Assembly (NCBI GenBank): GCA_963847705.1
Contig: CAWKBC010000027.1
Location: 288,001-352,000 of the forward strand
Direction: 5' to 3'
From: an uncultured Pseudomonadota bacterium
GTDB taxonomy: Bacteria > Myxococcota_A > Polyangia > Fen-1088
DNA: 64,000 nucleotides
Position numbers and translations under genes: made by a program. The notes under the pieces were generated by a model. That model saw only the letters and a list, made by a program, of their open reading frames with translations, was not told the origin of the DNA and did not search any database. Numbering within the stretch: the stretch's first letter is position 1; the number at the start of each line of letters is the position of its first letter. This document shows positions 51,674 through 61,912 of this stretch, piece by piece.

Positions 51674-53533
51674 ATGGAAAACGGAGTACCGGCGGGAGCT
51701 GAAGCGGCGGGCATTCTCGAAGCGGGGACGCGGCTCGGGAAGTACGAAATCCGGCGTCTCATCGGTCTCGGCTCGATGAGCGCCATCTATGAGGGCGCGC
51801 GCCCAGACACCGGGCGGCGCGTTGCGCTCAAGGTTCTCAGCCCGAAGCGCGCGGGGGTGCCGGGAGCGCGCGCGCGCTTTCTGACGGAGGCAAAGCTGAC
51901 GGCGCGGGTCCATCACGCGCACATCGTCGACGTGATCGAGGTCGGCGAGGACGGGGAGCGGAGCTTCCTGGCGATGGAGATGCTCGAAGGCGAGGATCTC
52001 GCCAGCCGGCTCCGGCAGGCCGGTTTCCTGTCGCCGGCAGAGACCGCGGACATTCTCGTGCCGGTGTGCGAAGCGGTGGCAGCGGCCCACGAGAGCGGCA
52101 TCGTTCACCGCGATCTCAAGCCGGCCAACATCTTCCTGGCGATTCGCGATCAAAGGATCCATCCGGTCGTCCTCGATTTCGGGATCGCGAACGACAACGA
52201 CAACGACGACGACGCTGGGACAGCTCCCGGCCCTCGGCTGGTCTTCGGAACTCCGTACTATCTGTCGCCGGAGCAGATTGCCGACCACCGAGCGGCCAGC
52301 CCCGCGAGTGATCAGTGGGCGCTCGGGGTGATCCTCTACGAGTGTCTGACGGGCGCGCGTCCGTACGATGGAGACAGTCTCGACGCCGTGTTCGCGGCCA
52401 TTCGCGCCGGGCACGCGGTGCCGCCGAGCGAGCGGCGGTCGGGCATCTCGACCGAGCTCGCGCAGGTCGTGATGCGGGCGATGAGCTCCGAGCCGAAGGC
52501 GCGGTTCGCTTCGGTGACCGAGCTGGCGCAGGCGTTGCGGCCGTTCCAGTCGACCCTCGGAGGGGCAAGCGCGTCCGGGCGCCGGCGGGCGCCGTCCTCA
52601 CCGGCGATCGCGGCGGAGGCGTCGACGCAGAGTCCCTTCACGCGGACGCTGACGCCCGAGATGGACGTGCTGGACGGGCTCTGGTTCGAGCCCGACCAGC
52701 CAGAGGAGACTGCCGGCGACCCGACATTGCCGCCGGCAGATCTGTCGTCGCCCGAGGAAACGTCGGTCGCTGGCGCCGAGCGCCCCCTCTCCTCCGAATC
52801 CTGGCCGACCTTCGCCAACAGCTGGACCGAAAAGTGGCGGTCGGCCTCGGGGCGCAGGTTCTCGGCTCGGCAGGTCGGTGCCGTGGCGGGTGGTGTGCTC
52901 GGTGGGCTCGCCCTGCTGATCCTCTTCACGCATGGTGGCTCCTCCAGGCAGTCGCAGCAGCCGGCGGCGGAGAAGGAGAGCTCTGCCGCGAAGGAGGCGC
53001 TGCTGGCCAAGGAGCCGGCACCGCCCAGCTCGCTCTCGGCCGCGGCGGTGAAGGAGCCCGCGGCGCCGGAGACGAAGGAGCCGGCGGCGGCGAAGGAGCC
53101 CGCGGCGCCGGAGGCGAAGGAGCCGGCGGCGGTGAAGGAGCCCGCGGCGCCGGAGGCGAAGGAGCCGGCGGCACCGGAGCCGGTGGTGGCGAAGGAGCCG
53201 GTGGTGGCGAAGGAGCCGGCGGAGGTGAAGGAGCCGGTGGTGGCGAAGGAGCCGGCGGAGGTGAAGGAGCCGGTGGTGGCGAAGGAGCCGGCGGCGGTGA
53301 AGGAGCCGGTGGTGGCGAAGGAGCCGGCGGTGGTCGAGCACGTCGCGAAGCCGCAGGCGACGCCGGCCGCGGTGCGGCCGCCAAAGGCAGAGCGCCATGA
53401 GCATCACGTCGCGGCGGCGCCAGCCCAGACACCGACGGCGAGCGGCGCTGCGCCGCGCGACACCGCGGAGAAGCCACGCGCCCGCACCAGCCCCGACGTT
53501 CGCATGCACAACGGCGTCCCCCTTCTCGATTGA
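51674..53533 (+). CDS. Membrane Ser/Thr protein kinase with KEPA-repeat tail
   Basis: VALK, HRDLKPAN, DFG, GTPYYLSPE; TM segment; atypical Gly loop GLGSMS. Confidence 0.88.
   Translation: MENGVPAGAEAAGILEAGTRLGKYEIRRLIGLGSMSAIYEGARPDTGRRVALKVLSPKRAGVPGARARFLTEAKLTARVHHAHIVDVIEVGEDGERSFLAMEMLEGEDLASRLRQAGFLSPAETADILVPVCEAVAAAHESGIVHRDLKPANIFLAIRDQRIHPVVLDFGIANDNDNDDDAGTAPGPRLVFGTPYYLSPEQIADHRAASPASDQWALGVILYECLTGARPYDGDSLDAVFAAIRAGHAVPPSERRSGISTELAQVVMRAMSSEPKARFASVTELAQALRPFQSTLGGASASGRRRAPSSPAIAAEASTQSPFTRTLTPEMDVLDGLWFEPDQPEETAGDPTLPPADLSSPEETSVAGAERPLSSESWPTFANSWTEKWRSASGRRFSARQVGAVAGGVLGGLALLILFTHGGSSRQSQQPAAEKESSAAKEALLAKEPAPPSSLSAAAVKEPAAPETKEPAAAKEPAAPEAKEPAAVKEPAAPEAKEPAAPEPVVAKEPVVAKEPAEVKEPVVAKEPAEVKEPVVAKEPAAVKEPVVAKEPAVVEHVAKPQATPAAVRPPKAERHEHHVAAAPAQTPTASGAAPRDTAEKPRARTSPDVRMHNGVPLLD
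53045..53335 (+). repeat. Coding tandem repeats (aaggagccgg..., KEPAA/KEPVVA)
   Basis: Repeated AAGGAGCC(G/C)G units of 18-27 bp. Confidence 0.9.
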
Positions 53534-53555
53534 AAGCCAACCTTCAAAGGATCAG

Positions 53556-54665
53556 ATGGTCTCGAAGAGCGCGTTAGAGAGATTCGCGACCGGTCGGGGA
53601 GCCCGGCGTCGGCGGAGCGCCGGCTTTGGGGTCGTGCTCGCTCTCTTTCCGGTGCTGCTCTTGCTGGCATCGCCGTCGCGCCTGCGGGCCGGGACGGAGG
53701 AGGCGGAGCAGGCGGAGGCGCTCATTCGGGAAGGCGTGCAGCTGCGCGCCCAGGACCAGACGGCGCGGGCCTTGCCGTTGTTCGAGAAGGCCTACCGGCT
53801 CTCGCGCAACCCGCGAACGGCCGGCCAGCTGGGGCTGTGCGAGCTCGAGCTCGGCTTCTTCGCCGAAGCGGAGCTCTATCTGTCGGAGGCGCTGGCGACG
53901 CCGACTCACCCCTGGATCGCCAAGAACCGAACGACGTTGAAGCGCCAGCTCGACGCCGCGCGCGCGAACGTCGGGGAGCTCTCGTTGACCGTCTCACCAG
54001 CGACCGCCGAGGTGCTGCTCGACAACAAGTCGACGGACAAGGTGGTCCCCGGCGTGCCCCTTCACCTCCGAAAGGGGCCGGTGGTCGTCGAAATCCGCGC
54101 GCCCGGCTACCAGCCGGTGCAAGCGACCATCAACATCGTCGGCGGAAAGCGAGAGGAGCGCACCTTCGCGCTGGTTCCGGATTCGCCTCCGCCGGTGGTG
54201 CCGGTGGCGGAGACCAGCCCGGCGGTGACCCTGGCGACGGGCGCGCCCCCCGCGGAGACCACCGAGACCGACCCCCGGCGAATCGCCGCCTGGGCGGCCG
54301 GGAGCGGGGCGCTGCTCGCGCTGGCCGTGGGGACGATCGAGGCCTTCAACGCCGCCAGCAAGCGCGACGACTTCAACAACCACACCAGCTTCGTTGGCGG
54401 CATGGCGCGCCCCGACTGCACGACGGTCAGCCTGTCGGCGGAGTGCAAGCCGCTCAAGGACGACTACAATCGCGCGCTCACGGTGTCGGTCGTCAGCTTC
54501 GTCATGGCGGGGGCACTGGCGGCCGCGTCTTCGGTCCTCTTCGTCCTCTCCTCGTCCGGTCATGTCAGCAACGCGGAGCGCGCCGGCGGCGCTCCGGTCG
54601 CGCCAGCGTGGGCCTGTGTCCCGGACCTCGGTGTCCGCGGGCTCGGCTGTAGCCTGCGGTTTTGA
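53556..54665 (+). CDS. TPR plus PEGA-like domain protein
   Basis: AEALIREGVQLR...ALPLFEKAY...QLGLCE, EIRAPGY, two C-terminal hydrophobic segments. Confidence 0.8.
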   Translation: MVSKSALERFATGRGARRRRSAGFGVVLALFPVLLLLASPSRLRAGTEEAEQAEALIREGVQLRAQDQTARALPLFEKAYRLSRNPRTAGQLGLCELELGFFAEAELYLSEALATPTHPWIAKNRTTLKRQLDAARANVGELSLTVSPATAEVLLDNKSTDKVVPGVPLHLRKGPVVVEIRAPGYQPVQATINIVGGKREERTFALVPDSPPPVVPVAETSPAVTLATGAPPAETTETDPRRIAAWAAGSGALLALAVGTIEAFNAASKRDDFNNHTSFVGGMARPDCTTVSLSAECKPLKDDYNRALTVSVVSFVMAGALAAASSVLFVLSSSGHVSNAERAGGAPVAPAWACVPDLGVRGLGCSLRF

Positions 54666-54682
54666 GCAAACGGAGACCAGAG

Positions 54683-56437
54683 ATGCTTCGACGATTGGTG
54701 TTGGTGACGGTGGTCCTCGGGGGTTCGGGCGTCGGCTGTGGTGGCCTTCGGGACCAGCCGCTGTCGTGGGACGGGGCCGTGGTCCCGACGGGGACAGGCG
54801 GCTCGTCGAGCACGGGAGGGCGAGGGGGCACCGGTGGCAAGGGGGCGACGGGCGGCGCGGCGGGAAGGACGACGGACGGCGGCGGGCCTGACGTGCCGGC
54901 CTGTACCCCTGGCAGCGCGTGCGCGCCGGCCAACCCCTGCCACCTGGGACAGACGGCCTGCTCCGACGGCGTCGCGACCTGCACCGACACGCAGCAGCCC
55001 CAGGCGAACGGCACCGTTTGCGGCACGGACAAGGTCTGTCTGAGCGGTTCCTGCGCGACCTGCGCGGCGGGAGGCGCCTGCTCGCCGGGAAGCGCCTGTC
55101 GAACGGGGACGACCTCGTGCGCCACCGGCAGTCCCGTGTGCGCCGAATCGGGCGACCAGCCGAACGGAACCGCGTGCGGCGCCGGGATGGTGTGCCTCTC
55201 GGGGCAGTGCGCCGCGTGCGCCGACGGCGCGAGCTGCGTGCCCACCAATCCCTGCCATCAAGGAACGCTGGCGTGCGCGACGGGGACGCCGGTCTGCACC
55301 GACACGGGGACGCTGCTGGCCGCCGGAACCAGCTGCGGAACGAACAAGGTCTGCGGTCCGGCGGGAAGCTGCCTGAGCTGCACCGCGGGCGCGAGCTGCA
55401 ACGTCAGCGGCAAGCCGTGCCGGACGGGCACCACCAGCTGCGACACGGGCGCAGCCGTCTGCACCGAGTCGGGCAACGTCGCCAATGGCACGTCCTGCGG
55501 GACGAACATGGTCTGCGGCAACGGCGCTTGCACCGCCTGCACCGCCGGGGCTGACTGCACCCCGGCGAACGCCTGTCGGACCGGCGCGATCTCCTGCACG
55601 ACAGGGGCGCCGGTCTGCGGGGAGACGGGGAACGCAGCGAACGGGACCTCGTGCGGGACGAACAAGGTCTGCAACGCCGGGGCGTGCAGCAGCTGCACGG
55701 CCGGGGTCACCTGTACGCCCACGAACGCCTGCCGGACGGGCGCGACGTCGTGCGCGACGGGGACGTCCGTCTGCGCGGAGACCGGGAACGTTGCAAACGG
55801 GACGTCGTGCGGGAACAACAAGGTGTGCAACGCCGGGGCGTGCAGCAGCTGCATGGCCGGGGTCACCTGTACGCCCACGAACGCCTGCCGGACGGGCGCG
55901 ACGTCGTGCGCGACGGGGACGTCCGTCTGCGCGGAGACCGGGAACGTGGCGAACGGGACCTCCTGCGGGAACAACAAGGTGTGCAACGCCGGAACGTGCA
56001 GCAGCTGCACGGCCGGCGGCAGCTGCGCTCCGAGCGATCCCTGCCAGCTGGGAATGACCACCTGCCAGACGGGCAGCGCGACCTGTCAGGCCACCGGGCC
56101 GGCGCCCGACGGAACGACCTGTGGCCTCAATCAGGTCTGCAGCGGGGGGAGCTGCGTGGCCTGCAACTCGGGCGCGACCTGCTCGACGGGAAATGCGTGC
56201 AAGCTCCCGGGGATGATCTCCTGCACGACGGGCAGTCCGGTCTGTGTGGCCTCCGGCAACGCGCCTTCCGGGACGGCCTGCGGCGCGCCGCAGTCGTGCA
56301 CGAACGGCGTGGTGACGCCGGGTCAGACCTGCAACGGGAACGGGAACTGCAGGACGCCGTCAACCATCACCTGCGACTCGGGGCTTTGTGATGGAACGGG
56401 AACGGGTTGCGCCTTGCCGCCCGACGCAGGGCAGTGA
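54683..56437 (+). CDS. Cys-rich repeat lipoprotein (~52-aa disulfide repeats)
   Basis: Lipobox GVGC; repeats C..G..C.P.NAC..G.TSC.TG..VC..TGN.ANGTSCG.NKVC..G.C. Confidence 0.85.
   Translation: MLRRLVLVTVVLGGSGVGCGGLRDQPLSWDGAVVPTGTGGSSSTGGRGGTGGKGATGGAAGRTTDGGGPDVPACTPGSACAPANPCHLGQTACSDGVATCTDTQQPQANGTVCGTDKVCLSGSCATCAAGGACSPGSACRTGTTSCATGSPVCAESGDQPNGTACGAGMVCLSGQCAACADGASCVPTNPCHQGTLACATGTPVCTDTGTLLAAGTSCGTNKVCGPAGSCLSCTAGASCNVSGKPCRTGTTSCDTGAAVCTESGNVANGTSCGTNMVCGNGACTACTAGADCTPANACRTGAISCTTGAPVCGETGNAANGTSCGTNKVCNAGACSSCTAGVTCTPTNACRTGATSCATGTSVCAETGNVANGTSCGNNKVCNAGACSSCMAGVTCTPTNACRTGATSCATGTSVCAETGNVANGTSCGNNKVCNAGTCSSCTAGGSCAPSDPCQLGMTTCQTGSATCQATGPAPDGTTCGLNQVCSGGSCVACNSGATCSTGNACKLPGMISCTTGSPVCVASGNAPSGTACGAPQSCTNGVVTPGQTCNGNGNCRTPSTITCDSGLCDGTGTGCALPPDAGQ
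55640..56010 (+). repeat. Near-identical 156-bp coding tandem repeats
   Basis: gcaacgccggggcgtgcagcagctgca... recurs at 55671 and 55827. Confidence 0.88.
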
Positions 56438-56487
56438 CGCCTGGCGGAGGATCGCCGTCGTCGCGCGCCTTGACCGGGAAGGTCGGG

Positions 56488-57723
56488 TCAGAAGGCGCCC
56501 CCGAGCGCCCGCGTCGCGATCTCGGACAGCTCGGCGTCGGTGAGCGCGATCGGATTGCCCTTCATGCTGCTGGCGACGCGCGCCTTGTCCACCAGCGCGC
56601 CGACGTCTGATTCGCGCATCCCGTAGCGGGCGAGACCAGGGACGTCGAGCGCGCGGCAGAGCTCGGCGACCCAACCGAGGCCCTCCTCGATGGTGGCCGC
56701 AGGATTGCCGGTGACGAGCGTCGCCACCTCCCGATAGCGGGCCAGCGCGGGACCGTCAGGATCGCGGGCGCGCAAGGCCGCCACGTTGATCCGCATGACC
56801 GGCCCGAGCAGGGCGGCACAGACCGCGCCGTGGGGCGCGTCGAAGATCCCGCCGACCGGAGCGGCGAAGCCGTGCACGGCACCGAGCCCGGCGTTCGCCA
56901 GGCTGAGGCCCCCGAGCAGGCTCGCCAGCGCGAGCGCCTCGCGATCGGCCGGCGCCACGCCGACCCCCCTCCGAGCCGCGGTGTACGCACGCCGAAGCGC
57001 CGCTGCCGAGCGCTGCAGCCCTTCCCGGGCAAAACCGTCGGTGAGGGGGTTCGCCCGGGCGCTGACGAAGGGCTCGATGAGCTGCGACAACGCATCGAGT
57101 CCGCTGGCGGCGAGCACTTCCGCCGGCAGCCCGACGAGGAGATCGGGATCGACGAGCGCCACGCTCGGCAGCATGAGCGGGCTGCGCAGGCTGGCCTTCA
57201 TTCCATCCTTGCCACCCTCGCCACCCTTGCCACCCTCGCCGTGGGCGCGGGAGCCGAGCACCGCGTTCTTGGTCACCTCCGAGCCGGTGCCCGCCGTCGT
57301 GGGGAGCGCGATGAAAGGGAGCGAACGGCGCGTGAGCGCCTGGCCGCGACCGACCACTTCCAGGTAGTCGAGAGGGTCGCCCCCGTTCGCGAGCAGCGCG
57401 GCGATCGCCTTGCCGGCGTCGAGCGTGCTGCCGCCACCGAACGCGATCACCACCTCGCAAGACGCGGCGCGCGCGGCCGTCACGCCCGCGCGCGCGGTCT
57501 CCACGGTGGGCTCCCCGGCGACGGAGAAGGTCGTCGCCGCCACGCCCGCGGCGGCGAGCGCCTCCAGCACCCCCCGGGCCCGCTCGGTGCTCTTGCCCGT
57601 GACCAGCAGGGCGCTTCTCCCCAGCCCGGCCGCGAGCGCGCCCACCTCGCGCGCGCAGCCCGCGCCGAAGACGATCCGCGTCGGCGCGGCCAGCTCGAAC
57701 GCCAGGCTCGGCGCCACGCTCAC
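56488..57723 (-). CDS. Iron-containing alcohol dehydrogenase
   Basis: [42 protein letters not shown]. Confidence 0.9.
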   Translation of the reverse strand: MSVAPSLAFELAAPTRIVFGAGCAREVGALAAGLGRSALLVTGKSTERARGVLEALAAAGVAATTFSVAGEPTVETARAGVTAARAASCEVVIAFGGGSTLDAGKAIAALLANGGDPLDYLEVVGRGQALTRRSLPFIALPTTAGTGSEVTKNAVLGSRAHGEGGKGGEGGKDGMKASLRSPLMLPSVALVDPDLLVGLPAEVLAASGLDALSQLIEPFVSARANPLTDGFAREGLQRSAAALRRAYTAARRGVGVAPADREALALASLLGGLSLANAGLGAVHGFAAPVGGIFDAPHGAVCAALLGPVMRINVAALRARDPDGPALARYREVATLVTGNPAATIEEGLGWVAELCRALDVPGLARYGMRESDVGALVDKARVASSMKGNPIALTDAELSEIATRALGGAF

Positions 57724-58037
57724 CAACCCTGAGCGTCGGGGAATACGTTGACGTAGCGAGCGGCGCTGCGCGGCTCGGCCATCAGCTCGGCGACGGCGTC
57801 TCGCCAGCGCAGGTAGTGCGCGGTCTCCTTGTGCGCGGCCGGCGCTTCGGGCGAGCGGTAGACCTCGACCAGCACGAAGCGGGTCGGATCTTCGACCGAC
57901 TGGATCACGTCGAAGCGGGCCACGCCCGGCTCCTTCACGCTGTGGCGGGCGTTGTCGAGGGACGCCACGCGGAACGCCTCCACCCCCTCGGTTTTGACGT
58001 GGACGTACACGTGGACGATGACGAGTGACTCCGGCAT
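57720..58037 (-). CDS. ABM/LsrG-like putative quinol monooxygenase
   Basis: [11 protein letters not shown]...FVLVEVY...HKETAHY. Confidence 0.88.
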   Translation of the reverse strand: MPESLVIVHVYVHVKTEGVEAFRVASLDNARHSVKEPGVARFDVIQSVEDPTRFVLVEVYRSPEAPAAHKETAHYLRWRDAVAELMAEPRSAARYVNVFPDAQGW

Positions 58038-58075
58038 GCGGGCAGTGTAACGCCTGGTTCGGCCCGACGCGCAGG

Positions 58076-59404
58076 CTAGCGGAAGATGATGCTGTCGATG
58101 CGGAGCTCCACGGTGCAGGTCCCCGCGCCGGCCGACCCCGAGTTCACCTGCCACTGAACCCCGGTCACTTGAGCCGGCGTCGAGATCGTCGAGCTGGACG
58201 GATTGTTGAAGAGCGTGAAGGTCTCCCGGTAGGTGCTCGCCGCGGCGGTCGGGGCGGTCAGACCGGTGACCGCCGGATAGCGGTAACAGGTGGTGGTCGT
58301 CGCGTTGCAGGTCCCGCCGCTCGGGTTGGTGGCGGTGGAGTCTCGCTGATCTTGGGTCTGGAGCTGCACCTGCCAGGTACAACCCGTCAAGCTGCCGGCC
58401 GTGATCGCGGCGGTGAACTGCACGGAGGTGAAGCTCGAGGCGTTCACGCAGGAGTTGAAGGTGACGCCACCTCCGGCGTAGCCCATCGCGCCGACGGTGA
58501 GGTTCAGCTTGAGGTTCTGGGCGCTGGTGTCGACGGCGGCGGTCGCGGCCGAGGGCGAAGCCCCCGAGTAGGAGAACACGCTGCCGCTGAGCCCGTCCGC
58601 GTTGCACCACATTCCGGTCGAGCCGTTCCAGTCGGCCGGCGAGAAGTCGGTGACGTCACCGTCGGGGAGCTTGAGCGCCCCGGCGGTCGAGCAGTCGAGC
58701 ACACCGCCGAGCGTACAGACGTTCCCGCTCGCGCCGGCCTTGCCGCCCGCGCCTGCGGCGCCCCCTGCTCCCGATGCGCCGCCGGTGCCCGTGACACCGC
58801 CGGTGGCGACGACGCCGCCGGTGCCCGGGACGCCGCCGGTGGCGACGACGCCGCCGGTACCGGTGACACCGCCGGTGGCGACGACGCCGCCGGTGCCCGG
58901 GACGCCGCCGGTGGCGACGACGCCGCCGGTGCCCGTGACGCCGCCGGTGGCGACGATGCCGCCGGTGCCCGTGACGCCGCCGGTGGCGACGACGCCGCCG
59001 GTGCCCGTGACGCCGCCGGTGGCGACGACGCCGCCGGTGCCCGGGACGCCGCCGGTGGCGACGACGCCGCCGGTGCCCGTGACGCCGCCGGTGGCGATGA
59101 CGCCGCCGGTGCCCGTCACGCCGCCGGTGGTGGTGACGCCGCCCGTCCCGGTTTTCCCGCCGGTCGCGACCGTGCCCGCGGTTCCACCGCGGCCGCCGCT
59201 CCCGAGAGCGCCACCGCCTCCCGTCGGCGAGACGCCTCCAGCACCGCTACCGCCTGTGCCGAAGGTACCGCCGCCGCCCGTCTCGTCTGCACCCGGAGCC
59301 TCCATGCCTCGGTTTGCGCATCCCGCGAGAGTCAGGGCCAGCAGACAGACCCGCAGCGCGACTCGCGCAGGGCCGAACGAGGGGGCGTTGGGCATTGCAG
59401 GCAT
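58076..59404 (-). CDS. Lipoprotein with long Gly/Thr/Val repeat tether and CBM-like beta-sandwich domain
   Basis: Lipobox LAGC; C-term [22 protein letters not shown]...GVQWQ...[11 protein letters not shown]11-like. Confidence 0.72.
   Translation of the reverse strand: MPAMPNAPSFGPARVALRVCLLALTLAGCANRGMEAPGADETGGGGTFGTGGSGAGGVSPTGGGGALGSGGRGGTAGTVATGGKTGTGGVTTTGGVTGTGGVIATGGVTGTGGVVATGGVPGTGGVVATGGVTGTGGVVATGGVTGTGGIVATGGVTGTGGVVATGGVPGTGGVVATGGVTGTGGVVATGGVPGTGGVVATGGVTGTGGASGAGGAAGAGGKAGASGNVCTLGGVLDCSTAGALKLPDGDVTDFSPADWNGSTGMWCNADGLSGSVFSYSGASPSAATAAVDTSAQNLKLNLTVGAMGYAGGGVTFNSCVNASSFTSVQFTAAITAGSLTGCTWQVQLQTQDQRDSTATNPSGGTCNATTTTCYRYPAVTGLTAPTAAASTYRETFTLFNNPSSSTISTPAQVTGVQWQVNSGSAGAGTCTVELRIDSIIFR
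58780..59150 (-). repeat. 36-bp coding tandem repeats ([11 protein letters not shown][T/P]), about 10 copies
   Basis: gccgccggtggcgacgacgccgccggtgccc... repeated. Confidence 0.9.
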
Positions 59405-59671
59405 AGTCTATTGCAAAATCGAGGGACAGTTCGCCAGCGCAAACCGAGCCTCGGCTCTGGCCCGGACCGGCTCCGACAGCCGCGGACCAGTCGGTTTTCA
59501 TGACAGGAGCCTACCGGCGCCGACAAAAACCTACGGTGTCACGCGCCCGGGGGAGTTGCGGCAGGTGCGCCGTTGGAGCTGCCGTTCGTGGCCGCAATCC
59601 CCGTGAACAGCGTCGCGTCGCGTCCTCGCGCCCGGCCGGTGTAACGGGCCGCTCGGACGGTGCCGGTCGAT

Positions 59672-59715
59672 CCCAAAAGGAAACGGCCAGTCCGCGCGAG
59701 GCGGACCGGCCGTTT
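59672..59715 (-). terminator. Rho-independent terminator
   Basis: AAACGGCCGGTCCGC-ctcgc-GCGGACTGGCCGTTT then CCTTTT, downstream of the 59742 stop. Confidence 0.75.
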
Positions 59716-59741
59716 GTAGGGCGACTGCTTCAGGTCAGCGC

Positions 59742-61577
59742 TTACTGCATGCTGAACTGGGCGTTGGTGCCGGGGGTGGTCCCGCAGTCGTACAGCTGCA
59801 TGAGCGCACCGTTCGACGTGCTCGGGCCCTGGATGTTCAGGCAGCGCCCAGAGGCCACGTTCTGGAAGGCGTACACGCCCGAGGTGGACATCGGCAGCGC
59901 GGTGTAGCTCTGCGCCGTGCTCCCGTTGCAGCTCTGAATCACGACCATCGTGCCATTGCCCGTGCCGTTGTTGCTGGCGCCCAGGCACATCGCCTGGTTC
60001 GCGCCCATCGCGATCTCCCAGTTGCTGCCGTTGGCCAGCAGGTAGAAGGCCTGGTTGATGTTGCCGGACTGGGTCTGGTACTGCTGAATCCCGGTGCCGG
60101 TCGCCTGGCTGCCGCCGACGACGTCGATCGACTCGCCGGTCGCGTTCTGGGGAACCATGCGATAGGTCCGCGACGAGGCGAACGTCGGGGTCTGGTTGGC
60201 GGTGCTGCCCGCGACAATGGTCGCCTGGATGTTGAACTGCTGGCTGGCCGTGCCAGACGTGCAGGTGTTGACCTCCATGACGGCCCCCGGTGCGGTGTTG
60301 CCGCCGCGGACGTTCATGCAGAGACCGGTGCTGGCCGTGGCGACGTTGAAGCTGCCGTTCATGGCGTTGGCGCTGATGTTCCAGTTCTGCGAGGCGCTGC
60401 CGTTGCAGGTGTTGAGCACCAACCCGGTGCCGGCGCTGCCGGCGCCCGCGTCGAGGCATTGGGCCGTGTTGTTCATCGGCGAGATGGTCCAGCTGGAGCC
60501 GTTGGGCGCCATCACGAAGACCGAGGTAGCGAGACCCGCCGAGGCGTTCCACTGTTGAATCGGCGAGGTGCCGCAGTCCATGACCATCGGGCTGCCCTGA
60601 GTGGCGACGGCCGAGAGCGTGTACTGGTAGCTGGTGTCGAACACCGGCGTGTAGTTGTTGTTGCGCCACACGGTGATGCCGTGCTGCCAGACGCCCCCGT
60701 TGTTCGTGGTGAGGGCTTTGTAGCCGTCGGGGCAGCCGGCCGCAGGGTTCGAGTTCGAGCCCGCAGGGCAGCTGCCCGACACGCCCTGGCTGAACTGCCC
60801 GACCGATGAAGCATTTTGGCAGAGTGTGGCGTTGCCGAATGGGTTCACATACGGAGCGCCGCTCTGGTTGGCGCCGAGGCGCCCGGCCACGACGCCCGAG
60901 GCGCCGGTGGGAAAGCCGGCACCGTCGCAGTAGTAGGCGACGGGGGCGGTCACGCCGGGCTTGCTGAGGTTGGTCATGGCGCCGGTGTCGATGATGTCGC
61001 CGAAGAAGGTTCCCTCCTGCATGGGGAAGTTGACGCGATCGACGCCCCAGCCGATGGCGGTGTCGTTCGAGTCGAGCCAGAGCGGGACGTGGACGCCGGC
61101 GGTGTTGACGTGGGCCATCATGCAGGCGGAGAGCGCCTCCATGCACTGGTCGTTCCCGTAGACGCCGCCGTTCTTCCAGGCGGGGCAGAGGCCGATGCCG
61201 CCGGCGAAGGTGTAGTTGTTGCCGTTCTGATCCGCCTTGACCAGGGAGTCGTTGGCGGCGAGGGCACACTTGACGAGGTAGGAGATCGTCTTGCGGCCTC
61301 CCGAGTTCGTCATGAGGCCGTTGATGGAGCTGAGGCCGTTGATGGACGACAGCCCGTTGATGGAGCTGAGGCCGTTGATGGACGACAGGCCGTTGATGGA
61401 GCTGAGGCCGTTGATGGACGACAGCCCGTTGATGGAGCTGAGGCCGTTGATGGACGACAGCCCCAGGTCGTGGGTCCCCGTCTCGACGTCGCTCGACTGC
61501 TCACCGCAGCCGATCAGGCCGGCGATGGCCCCGAGAGCGATGCTGATTTGGATGGTCCGCTTCCCCAGTTCTCTCAT
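59742..61577 (-). CDS. Lipoprotein with (SSINGL)x8 repeat, Cys-containing core domain and two ricin-B lectin domains
   Basis: Lipobox LIGC; core YLVKCAL..GGIGLCPAW..LSACMMAHVN..QEGTFFG; ricin motifs QCLDA..CNGSASQNW, SGRCLNI..QLYDC..NAQF. Confidence 0.85.
   Translation of the reverse strand: MRELGKRTIQISIALGAIAGLIGCGEQSSDVETGTHDLGLSSINGLSSINGLSSINGLSSINGLSSINGLSSINGLSSINGLSSINGLMTNSGGRKTISYLVKCALAANDSLVKADQNGNNYTFAGGIGLCPAWKNGGVYGNDQCMEALSACMMAHVNTAGVHVPLWLDSNDTAIGWGVDRVNFPMQEGTFFGDIIDTGAMTNLSKPGVTAPVAYYCDGAGFPTGASGVVAGRLGANQSGAPYVNPFGNATLCQNASSVGQFSQGVSGSCPAGSNSNPAAGCPDGYKALTTNNGGVWQHGITVWRNNNYTPVFDTSYQYTLSAVATQGSPMVMDCGTSPIQQWNASAGLATSVFVMAPNGSSWTISPMNNTAQCLDAGAGSAGTGLVLNTCNGSASQNWNISANAMNGSFNVATASTGLCMNVRGGNTAPGAVMEVNTCTSGTASQQFNIQATIVAGSTANQTPTFASSRTYRMVPQNATGESIDVVGGSQATGTGIQQYQTQSGNINQAFYLLANGSNWEIAMGANQAMCLGASNNGTGNGTMVVIQSCNGSTAQSYTALPMSTSGVYAFQNVASGRCLNIQGPSTSNGALMQLYDCGTTPGTNAQFSMQ
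61316..61462 (-). repeat. 18-bp (36-bp higher-order) repeats encoding SSINGL x8
   Basis: Alternating gttgatggagctgaggcc and gttgatggacgacag(c/g)cc units. Confidence 0.92.
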
Positions 61578-61588
61578 TTGAATACCCC

Positions 61589-61671
61589 CCTTGAGGCGGC
61601 CCGGCCGACTGCGAGAGTCCCGTGGGCTTTGCGTCGCCCGATCGCTCGGGTTTTGCCGTTTGTTCACAAGG
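61589..61671 (-). promoter_or_regulatory. c-di-GMP-I (GEMM-I) riboswitch
   Basis: CCTTGTGAACAAACGGCAAAACCCGA-GCGA-TCGGGCGACGCAAAGCCCACGGGACTCTCGCAGTCGGCCGGGCCGCCTCAAGG: GGCAAA and GACGCAAAG motifs, GNRA tetraloop, P1 CCTTG/CAAGG abutting the RBS. Confidence 0.85.
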
Positions 61672-61912
61672 TGTCGGTCCGACACACGGAGTCTCTAAAG
61701 CAGTAATCAGGCCAACGTATTTTTTATGGGATGAGCCCAGCGAATGAGGACTCTTGCGGGGTACTGGCGACCCCAGGCGTTGCGCCGGAAGCAACAGAAG
61801 CGAACGGCAGACAACACGCGCGGGCCCGTGCGCCGTCGCTGCAGCCGCTCCTCGGCGAGCGCTTTGCCTGACAAGGGTCGACCGATCGCGACAAACCTCA
61901 GGTGGGTCACAC

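Noticed and set aside
58780-59150. 36-bp periodic repeats as a CRISPR array
   Set aside because: No unique spacers, in-frame coding linker, no cas genes
61316-61462. 18/36-bp repeats as CRISPR or iterons
   Set aside because: Synonymous codon alternation shows selection on the peptide SSINGL
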